Below the pieces are notes generated by a model. It was not told the DNA's origin. It made no database searches and worked only from the letters and a program-made list of their open reading frames with translations. Of a stretch of 64,000 nucleotides of DNA, positions 57,699 through 64,000 are shown piece by piece (positions within the stretch are counted from its first letter, which is position 1; every line of letters starts with the position of its first letter). Origin of the DNA: Tepidisphaera sp. (GTDB lineage Bacteria > Planctomycetota > Phycisphaerae > Phycisphaerales > UBA1924); NCBI GenBank assembly GCA_050916045.1, contig CP051526.1:2304001-2368000 (forward strand), in the 5' to 3' direction. A program made the position numbers and the translations under genes.

Positions 57699-58727
57699 TC
57701 AAGCGGAACGAACAGTTCCATTGATCACGGCCAAAGCCATGTCTGCCGCCTCCTCTGCGGTGCCCCAGGCGAGGCTGACTCCGCTGCGGCCATGCCCATA
57801 GTTGTGGACGATGGTTCGGCCCGCCCCTGCATGCTCAATCTCAAGGCGAATGTCCTCACTGATTCCCGCCTCGCCTCGAATGGGTCGCAATCCCACGCGT
57901 CGATCGATAATCTCCGCACCCAGATCCCGCCAGTTCGGGCAACCGTCGATGCAAGCAAGACGACGGCAGCGCTCGATGATCGCCTGCACCTCTTCCTCCT
58001 CGATCACCTCATCCCATACGTCCGCCTCGTACGTGCTTCCAAGCACCAAATGGTCGTCATAGATGAACACATACGTCACGATGTTGTCCGGCGCGTCGTC
58101 GTGAAGGCTGCGTACAAGTCCAGGAGTTCGTCGCGTATGGACAACAATCCCTCGCATCGCCCGAACCAGCGGATCGCGGGCGAGCGTGCGAGCGCCGACA
58201 CCCGCGCAGTTGACAACGATCGCGTGACCGCGTTCAAACAGCATGTCAATCGAGGTGAGCTGCTCTTCGACCATGCGCCCGCCCAGCAGAACAAAGCGGC
58301 TCTCCAGCCATGCAAGGTGCCGATTCGTGTCGATGTGAGGTCGATCTGAATCAAGCACCGCCGCAAAGCCCTGCGGCATGACCGGTACGGCACGCTGGCT
58401 CGAAAGATCCGCAAAGGGACGTGGCCCCGGTTGCCGGTAGCAGTACTCCCGAAACGGTCCAAATCGCACTCCGGCAGTTGGCCCCTCGCGGTGCTCCAGT
58501 GCACGCAAAGCTTCGAGGGACGTCTGAGCCCAGCGGCGAGACCTCGCGACGTCCGAACCCGGAAACGGCGTGAACATGGCGGGAGCTACGGCGGAAGCGA
58601 TTCGTGGCGACCGATGTTCGGCATGGATGGTGACCGCAAGGCCCCGCTCGAGCAGACGCACCGCCGTGCTGAGTCCGACGACACCCGCGCCGATGACCGC
58701 GATAGGGGAAGCCTCGTGCTGGCGCAT
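57699..58727 (-). CDS. FAD-dependent D-amino acid oxidase-like protein
   Basis: VIGAGVVGLSTA Rossmann motif, VVNCAGVGAR, VGLRP, VHNYGHGRSGVSLAWG. Confidence 0.87.
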   Translation of the reverse strand: MRQHEASPIAVIGAGVVGLSTAVRLLERGLAVTIHAEHRSPRIASAVAPAMFTPFPGSDVARSRRWAQTSLEALRALEHREGPTAGVRFGPFREYCYRQPGPRPFADLSSQRAVPVMPQGFAAVLDSDRPHIDTNRHLAWLESRFVLLGGRMVEEQLTSIDMLFERGHAIVVNCAGVGARTLARDPLVRAMRGIVVHTRRTPGLVRSLHDDAPDNIVTYVFIYDDHLVLGSTYEADVWDEVIEEEEVQAIIERCRRLACIDGCPNWRDLGAEIIDRRVGLRPIRGEAGISEDIRLEIEHAGAGRTIVHNYGHGRSGVSLAWGTAEEAADMALAVINGTVRSA

Positions 58728-59196
58728 TCGGAAAGAGTACGCACTGCGCGCATGCGAGTTCGGACTCGCGTGCGATTCCGTCTTTGGCGCAAAACAGCCT
58801 CATCACCCGGACCGCAGGTATCCGGTCGGGTGGAAAGTCGGGGGTCGCTTCATTCTCTCTATGCAATCGCCGGACGGGCTATGCGCGCCTCCGTCTGGAA
58901 AACAGGCAGAACGACGGGCACGCCGCCCTCGGCACACATCGCCGCCCGGGAGAATCGCGCCGCGACGGAGCGGTGTTGTGCATCGGTTCGTGTCGGGACC
59001 TCCCGGCTACGCGCTCCATAATCGCCAAAGGGAGCATGCCCGCCCGAGACCCCCTCTGGCACGCTCAAAAGCGGTCTCTGTGGGTCTCGGCGGCCTGCCG
59101 ACGGCCGTTCATGCCGGTGGATTGAACTCCCGAACATGTCGCGCCCCCCGCTATGTCTATGTTGGTCTCTCTATCGCGTCGGGTTACCGCTACGCG

Positions 59197-59303
59197 CCCA
59201 CTATTGCCGGGCCGGTTGCGAAAGCAGCCGGCCCTTTGGCTTTTTAGTGAACGCCGCTGAGAGACCTCGGCGGCGTTTTCGCGCTTTGGCCCGCGTTTGG
59301 GCC
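59197..59303 (+). repeat. Second copy (B) of tRNA 3' end plus double-hairpin block; putative att junction
   Basis: CCCACTATTGCC, GGGCCGGTTGC-GAAA-GCAGCCGGCCC, AGTGAACGCC...GGCGTTT: same order and spacing as 52951-53050. Confidence 0.65.
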
Positions 59304-59517
59304 CACGTTCCGAGGGGTTCGCCATCGCGACGGCGTGCGGGGAGGGTGCGTCCCCACAGCCCGGCGAGATCCGCACCCGCGTGCGTTTGCTCGACCCGCG
59401 AGCCCGTCGGGATCCCCGGTTGCCGGCGGGCTGCGTCGTACGCTGAAACATCCTGCGGATTGAGCTCTTGGCTCGCATTGGCGGCGTGCGCCTCGACGCC
59501 AAAGCAGTGCTCACAGC

Positions 59518-59571
59518 GCCGCTCAGGCCCATAGGGCCGCTCAGGCTCACGGGGCCGCTCAGCGAGAGGGG
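59518..59571. repeat. 18-bp tandem repeat, three degenerate units
   Basis: GCCGCTCAGGCCCATAGG / GCCGCTCAGGCTCACGGG / GCCGCTCAGCGAGAGGGG. Confidence 0.7.
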
Positions 59572-59943
59572 CCCGGCTGAAGCTCGGGCTTTGGCCTGTT
59601 GAGAGCGGCTTGACACTGTCTTCAACGCGGCGATGGGCTCACGCCCAATCACCCGGCGGGGTGGCATGCCGGGGCGATGATGGAATGAGTCGCTTTTCGA
59701 GTGTCGGTGCGTCGGCGATCGAGCCAGGCCGGGGCTGCTTGCCTGCTTCGTTTCCCGATGGGACGACGTGGCGTACGACCCGCGCGTACTTCAACCCGAC
59801 CGTCGGCGAGTCGAAGCCGAATCCCGACGGGGAGCATCTCCTTCTGGGCGCACACCTGTTCGCGGAGAGGTGGGTCGAAGAGCGACGATCTCGCCACCAG
59901 GGACGGTGGCAGGTCAACAGGCAAGCAGTGGCTCATTCTTGCG

Positions 59944-60711
59944 CTAGGCCTCCGCGAGTCCCTCGCGGATCGCCAGCCGCATGAGGTCGGCTCGCGTGAC
60001 GACGCCCAGTTTGCGCATGATGCGTTTCTGGTGTCCGTCGACGGTCTTGACCTCGCGGGAGAGTTGCTCAGCGATCTGGTTCCTCGACAGTCCTTTGCCG
60101 ATCAGTCGAAGCACTTCCACTTCGCGCACGGAGAGCGTGCTGAGCGGCGTGACAGGTCTGCCATCGAGCCGGCTCGCGGCGCTTTCGCGCTTCGCCAGCG
60201 AGGGGCGAACACCCGGGCCCGCCGGAGCGACCGGCTTGCACCGTTCCTTCACCTTTGGACCAAGCACGAAGGTCCCAGTTCGACCTCTCACGACCTCGCG
60301 GATGCCCGCGACGATGGCGGCGAGGTCATCGGACTTGGCGAAGTACCCCCATGCCCCGCACTTGAACGCTGCGTCGATGTAGCCGTCGCGGATGTGGGCA
60401 CTGAGGATGATCACGCGTGTCTGCGGGTTCATGTGTCGCAAGCGGTCGGCGGTCTCGAACGCGTCAGGACCGGGCATTTCGATGTCCAGCAGCACAACGC
60501 CGGGCTTCAGCCTCCCCACTTCTTCGAGCAACCGGTCGGCGGATGGGAGGGCGGCGATGCAGCGAATCGACGGATCCAAGGAGAACTGGGCTTTGAGCCC
60601 CTCGATCAACACCGGGTGGTCGTCCACGCACATCACACGGATGCCGGAGCCATCGTCAACCGGTGACGAGTCGGCGGCCTTCAGCGGGATGGTGCGAGTC
60701 TTCTTGGGCAC
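59944..60711 (-). CDS. NarL/LuxR family response regulator
   Basis: CVDDHP, LLDIEMP receiver; LSVREVEVLRLIGKGLS...KTVDGH HTH. Confidence 0.93.
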   Translation of the reverse strand: MPKKTRTIPLKAADSSPVDDGSGIRVMCVDDHPVLIEGLKAQFSLDPSIRCIAALPSADRLLEEVGRLKPGVVLLDIEMPGPDAFETADRLRHMNPQTRVIILSAHIRDGYIDAAFKCGAWGYFAKSDDLAAIVAGIREVVRGRTGTFVLGPKVKERCKPVAPAGPGVRPSLAKRESAASRLDGRPVTPLSTLSVREVEVLRLIGKGLSRNQIAEQLSREVKTVDGHQKRIMRKLGVVTRADLMRLAIREGLAEA

Positions 60712-60720
60712 GGGGGGAAC

Positions 60721-62316
60721 CTACGTTGTCGCTGACGGCATCCGAGATATCGCCAAAGCGATGAGGTCGCGGATGGTCTGAAAGTCGCTGGACGGGGGAA
60801 TCGTAACACGCTGGCTGCGGGAAAGCCGTGGATCTCCGGCCTTCCGGTTGCGTTTCGCGCGGTTCGGACGGTCGGAATCCGTGACCCATAAGTCAGTGGC
60901 GGCGGCCGCGCGGGTGCGAGTTGCGACCTTGAACCCCGCGGCCTCGAGCACGTGCCGGACAAGTGAGGCCATACGCGGATCACCGACGCTCACCACCGCG
61001 TGGCGGGCGGTTTGCACAGGAACCACGGGGTCCGCCGCCGGAAGCCACATCGTGACGGTGGTGCCCTTGCCCACCTCGGAGTCGATCTCGACGCGGCCGC
61101 CCACCCGAGCGGCGACCTTGTGGACCAGAGGCAGACCAAGCCCAGTCCCGTGTCCGCGCGACTTGGTGGTGAAGAACAGCTCGAATGCCCGTCGCTTCAC
61201 CTCCGGGGTCATGCCCGTGCCGTTGTCGGTGACGGACAACAACACCCACGTTTGTCCGCCGGGGTCAGTCTCGGCGCGAGCTGCAACTCGCACGCGTCCT
61301 TGCCGACGCTTGCGCGACGGATCTGCTTCCAGTGATGGGATCGCTTCGCCGGCGTTGACCACGAGATTCAGCACCGCCTGGGTGAGCCGATGCGGCGCGA
61401 CACCCACAGGCGGCAGTTCATTCGCAAACGATGCCGAGAGCTTGACGTGCCTGGGAACGGCTTTGCTGACGACGATGCCGGCAAGGGTCCACCAGTCACG
61501 AAGGTCCGTCGCTGGTCCATCGGGGTGCGAATTGTCGGGATTCTCAGCGAGATAGTGCAGCCCGTCGGCGAGTTTCTGTAGGTATGCGACGCTGGCGGCG
61601 ATAGCTTGGACTGCGGGGCGGATGTCTTCAGGGGCCTGGGATGGAGTAGGCGATCCCCTTTTGCTTGGCTTCTCCCACGTCTGGCTGAGTAGGCGGGTGC
61701 TCGCCGCGAGGAGCACGTTGACCTGTGCCCGGACGGGGAGCAACACATTGTTCATGTCGTGGCCCAGGCCGGCGGCGAGCGTGCCGACCGAGACCATTCG
61801 GTCGGCCAGGCGCAGGCGCATGTGTGCCTGCTCCAAGGCCCTGGTCTGCTCGGTGACCAGATCCTGAAGCCGCTGTCGCTCGTCATCTTCCCGCGTCCCT
61901 TCGTGCTCTCTACGGTCCGGTGCGTCAGAAAGGTCGCGGATGATGCCGACGAACAACGGCCCGGCACGAGTCGGGATATCGGCCCGAGAGACGGACAGTT
62001 CGATAGGAAAGCTCGTTCCGTTCTTGCGCTGTGCTTCGAACCGGCGCCGAGTGTTCAGCACGCGCGTCGTGCCGGTCGCGGCGTAACGCTCGAGATGACC
62101 GTTGTGTGCCGAGCGGTGTGCTTCGGGCATAAGCACATTGACGTTGCGTCCGATGAGTTCGCCCGCTGTCCATCCGAACACGCGCACCACCGAGTCGCTG
62201 GCGGATTCAATGGTGCCAAAGGCGTCGATGGTGATGATGGGATCGAGTGCTGCAGCCAAAGCGGCGCGGCTATGGACGTCCAGGGACGAGTCTGAATGAC
62301 GCCGAGTGCGGGCCAT
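60721..62316 (-). CDS. PAS-domain sensor histidine kinase (FixL-like PAS)
   Basis: IITID...FGW...LIGRNVNVLMP...H...RY...FPIELSVS; H-box AGLGHDMNN; NLVVNAGEA, DNGTGM, FFTTK, GTGLGL. Confidence 0.9.
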   Translation of the reverse strand: MARTRRHSDSSLDVHSRAALAAALDPIITIDAFGTIESASDSVVRVFGWTAGELIGRNVNVLMPEAHRSAHNGHLERYAATGTTRVLNTRRRFEAQRKNGTSFPIELSVSRADIPTRAGPLFVGIIRDLSDAPDRREHEGTREDDERQRLQDLVTEQTRALEQAHMRLRLADRMVSVGTLAAGLGHDMNNVLLPVRAQVNVLLAASTRLLSQTWEKPSKRGSPTPSQAPEDIRPAVQAIAASVAYLQKLADGLHYLAENPDNSHPDGPATDLRDWWTLAGIVVSKAVPRHVKLSASFANELPPVGVAPHRLTQAVLNLVVNAGEAIPSLEADPSRKRRQGRVRVAARAETDPGGQTWVLLSVTDNGTGMTPEVKRRAFELFFTTKSRGHGTGLGLPLVHKVAARVGGRVEIDSEVGKGTTVTMWLPAADPVVPVQTARHAVVSVGDPRMASLVRHVLEAAGFKVATRTRAAAATDLWVTDSDRPNRAKRNRKAGDPRLSRSQRVTIPPSSDFQTIRDLIALAISRMPSATT

Positions 62317-62440
62317 GAAGGATCATCGTATCGCGGCCTTGCTGAACGGCCCGGAACGCCGGAAGGGTCCCGCCAATGGCGGAAGTTTCCGCGTTGAGCA
62401 ACCTTGCGCTGTGCGGAACCATGGTGCACAGGGGAACGCC

Positions 62441-62935
62441 ATGAGCAAGAACAACATCCATGCCGTCGCTCAGGACATCATGACCGCTGAGCCGGTCTGC
62501 GCCGAGCCATCCACGACGATTCGGAGGCTCGCCCACCTGTTTGAGGACAACGAGATCTCGGGCTGCCCCGTGGTGGACTCCCAAGGCAAACTGGTCGGTG
62601 TGGTCAGCAAGACCGACCTGATCCGCCGATGCTCGGAGGGAACGGCGGAGATACCGCCGGCGTACCTCTTCGAGGTCGTGTGCGAGCAGGGCGAAGGAAG
62701 CCGGGAGGGCGAGGACGAAGTCGGCGGTCCGATCCCCGAGCCATTGATCTGCGTGCAGGACTTCATGACCGAGAGCGCGGTAACGGTGCGCCCGAGCACG
62801 CCGGTGCATGAAGTCGCGGCACTGATGGCGGACAGGCACATCCACAGGGTGGTGGTCGTGGATGAGGAGCGGTTTCCGCTCGGCATGATCACGACGCTCG
62901 ACGTTCTGAAGGTCTTTCCGCGTCTCGAGCGATAG
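62441..62935 (+). CDS. CBS domain pair protein
   Basis: DIMT...ISGCPVVD...LVGVVSKTDL; DFMT...IHRVVVVD...GMITTLDVL. Confidence 0.9.
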   Translation: MSKNNIHAVAQDIMTAEPVCAEPSTTIRRLAHLFEDNEISGCPVVDSQGKLVGVVSKTDLIRRCSEGTAEIPPAYLFEVVCEQGEGSREGEDEVGGPIPEPLICVQDFMTESAVTVRPSTPVHEVAALMADRHIHRVVVVDEERFPLGMITTLDVLKVFPRLER

Positions 62936-63005
62936 GGACTCGTCGAACATCGCGGTAGCGACACAGCTGAGCATCACTCTGTCAGAAGTTTGGAGGACGG
63001 ACCGA

Positions 63006-63353
63006 ATGAACTCGAACCGCACCATCGTGAAGGAGACCGTGAGCAAGGACGCTGACCTCCGCCATTCCGCCGAGTGGAACGGGAAGGCTCCGGGTCGGAA
63101 AGAGGGCGAGGGGACTCACATCGACATCACGCTCGATCGCATCCGCATGCGGGCGCATGAGATCTTTGTGGCCCGCAACGGCGGGCCGGGAGATGCAACC
63201 ACTGACTGGTGCCAAGCCGAGCGGGAACTCAATGAGAAGGCCGGTGTCGGGCCCGGCTTTGATGACCTCATCGCCGACCCCGTCGTGCTCGAGACCAGGA
63301 CACTTTCCGAACCGCGGAGTCACGCGGCGACGGCCGGTCGTGGAGGGCTATAG
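63006..63353 (+). CDS. DUF2934 domain protein
   Basis: GGAGG RBS; IRMRAHEIF...DWCQAERE. Confidence 0.78.
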   Translation: MNSNRTIVKETVSKDADLRHSAEWNGKAPGRKEGEGTHIDITLDRIRMRAHEIFVARNGGPGDATTDWCQAERELNEKAGVGPGFDDLIADPVVLETRTLSEPRSHAATAGRGGL

Positions 63354-63464
63354 CACGCGCTCTGAGGAGGGGGGCGTGCTAAACCTGCTTCCGCCACACC
63401 CTCGTGGCGCGACCCAACAGGTCGCGTCGCGACTTTGCCTTTCAACGACTCGACGGAGACAAAT

Positions 63465-64000
63465 ATGCCTGTGACGACCATGAAGTGCTTCGTGATGCGA
63501 GGGATCGGTAAGGTCGCGGTGATGGACAAGCCCATTCCGCGCCCGGGCCCCAACGACGCCATCATCCGCACCACCGCCGCGCTCATCTGCACCAGCGACA
63601 CGCACACCGTTGCCGGCGCGATCGGCGATCGCCACGACCTCACGCTCGGGCACGAATCCGTGGGCGTGATCCACGAACTCGGCGAGACCGTGAAGGACGC
63701 GGGGTTGTTCAGGATCGGGCAGCGGGTCGCCGTGAACGCCATCACGCCCTGCTATGCCTGCGACAACTGCCAGCGCGGCTACTCGTCGCAGTGCGGCGGG
63801 ATGCTCGGCGGGTGGAAGTTCGCCAACATCAAGGACGGCGCGATGGCCGAGTACTTCCACGTCAACAACGCCATCGCGAACCTCGCCCCGATCCCCGACG
63901 GCCTCACCGACGAGCAGGCCGCGTACTGCTGCGACATGCTCTCGACCGGCTTCATCGGGGCCGAGTTTGCGAGTATCCCTATCGGCGGCTCGGTCGCGGT
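63465..64000 (+). CDS. Zinc-dependent NAD(P) alcohol dehydrogenase, 3' truncated at window edge
   Basis: Read directly (absent from ORF track): MPVTTMKCFVMRGIG, ICTSDTH, LGHESVG, CYACDNC...C, CDMLSTG. Confidence 0.9.
   Translation, partial: MPVTTMKCFVMRGIGKVAVMDKPIPRPGPNDAIIRTTAALICTSDTHTVAGAIGDRHDLTLGHESVGVIHELGETVKDAGLFRIGQRVAVNAITPCYACDNCQRGYSSQCGGMLGGWKFANIKDGAMAEYFHVNNAIANLAPIPDGLTDEQAAYCCDMLSTGFIGAEFASIPIGGSVA

Larger units (their letters stand above)
52958..59208. mobile_element. Putative degraded integrative element / cassette-like island at the tRNA-fMet 3' end
   Basis: Bounded by the tRNA 3' end CCCGCTATTGCC and CCCACTATTGCC at 59197-59208; contains serine recombinase remnant, gene fragments, three direct repeats and unrelated cargo genes. 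Confidence 0.55.

Noticed and set aside
58728..59196. Several short ORFs between the oxidase and junction copy B
   Set aside because: No recognisable motifs, RBS or coding-like composition.

Overview
High-GC bacterial chromosome segment, most likely Planctomycetota (Phycisphaerales-like). That is an inference from four GC-type dockerin-anchored secreted proteins, a very long secretin, several ECF sigma/anti-sigma pairs, a VPTPG PEP-CTERM-like protein and a DUF1559-like domain. Positions 1-52.9 kb are core-like: gspD-like secretin (5' truncated), pstSCAB, M61 peptidase, mscL, prfB, mqnD, three ECF sigma systems, two TerC proteins (one behind a yybP-ykoY Mn2+ riboswitch), a radical SAM protein, an ABC exporter, phoD, aguA/aguB and purD. 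prfB has a programmed +1 frameshift at a non-canonical CTT-TAA site with no SD-like stimulator, and purD carries an 83-aa insertion. An initiator tRNA-Met gene at 52884-52957 is followed by an accessory region. It holds three copies of a 90-140 bp direct repeat, each just downstream of a plus-strand gene or gene remnant, a truncated large serine recombinase, and clusters of GTCTC/GAGAC motifs. About 6.2 kb downstream is a second, structurally covarying copy of the tRNA 3' end plus double-hairpin block. This tRNA-anchored, repeat-punctuated, cassette-like region is the best candidate for an undescribed system. The window ends with a FixL-like two-component locus and a truncated zinc alcohol dehydrogenase. 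No CRISPR array or rRNA was seen. All protein calls come from motif recognition by eye, not database searches.
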